Origin: a virus
Reading direction: 5' to 3' (one strand)
IMG/VR virus record: IMGVR_UViG_3300025122_000006
Length of the DNA: 64,000 nt
Both the position numbers and the translations under genes were made by a program. Position 1 is the first letter of the stretch. The number at the start of each line of letters is the position of its first letter. Of this stretch, positions 63,935 through 64,000 are shown piece by piece. Below the pieces are notes generated by a model that had not been told where the DNA came from, searched no databases, and was given only the letters and a program-made list of their open reading frames with translations.

Positions 63935-64000
63935 TTATTTTTGTCTTTGTTGCGATTGCCATTTCTGCAGTTCGAGTGGAGATACTTTTCCATCTTTATT
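63935..64000 (-). CDS. 3' end of a CDS starting beyond the window, with an EF-hand-like loop
   Basis: ...NKDGKVSPLELQKWQSQQRQK*. Confidence 0.4.
   Translation of the reverse strand, partial: NKDGKVSPLELQKWQSQQRQK

Noticed and set aside
1-64000. Genome-wide stop-codon reassignment, as in some large phages
   Set aside because: Core genes are full length in code 11 and end in TAA, TAG or TGA; no suppressor tRNA is seen.
1-64000. Prophage or cellular chromosome origin, suggested by tmRNA, rpsU, recA and groES
   Set aside because: These genes are divergent, co-oriented and interleaved with T4-like virion genes; no integrase, att site or host operon context is seen.

Overview
This is a 64-kb segment of a large lytic dsDNA myovirus with T4-like architecture, probably a jumbo phage. 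It is AT-rich, uses the standard genetic code, and nearly every real gene is on the minus strand. In transcription order (right to left) it carries: RuvC-like resolvase, HxGH nucleotidyltransferase, primase, tRNA-Leu(UAA), a single-chain Mre11-Rad50 (SbcD-SbcC) fusion, putative lysis membrane proteins, large terminase, portal, prohead protease, ribosomal protein bS21, fibre proteins, scaffold, major capsid, neck proteins, sheath, two tail tubes, a tail assembly chaperone pair, tape measure and baseplate genes. A replication/metabolism block follows: minimal family-A DNA polymerase, tubulin/FtsZ-like protein, gp32-like SSB, RecA, 5'-3' exonuclease, DnaB-like helicase, class II RNR, Hc1-like protein, GroES and ThyX. 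The 5' half of a tmRNA (tag ANNNLYFEEALAA) lies at the left edge. Two promoter classes are visible: 12 sigma70-type promoters (TTGACA-16/17-TATAwT-like), mostly before replication genes, and an ACTAWTTA motif before structural genes. The most striking unexplained feature is a family of about 14 otherwise unrelated proteins sharing an N-terminal leader (MKLTKxQLKxIIKEEL, or a variant MKxIxExWxxFxxE). Those lying among early genes each sit behind the ACTAWTTA motif. This suggests a modular system for loading diverse cargo into the capsid via a protease-cleaved leader. Other candidates are a conserved-looking CC mini-ORF with possible UGA readthrough, a +1/-2 tail-chaperone frameshift, a structured RNA leader downstream of the capsid gene, and a leaderless ruvC. 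All functional calls come from motif recognition by eye; no database searches were run.
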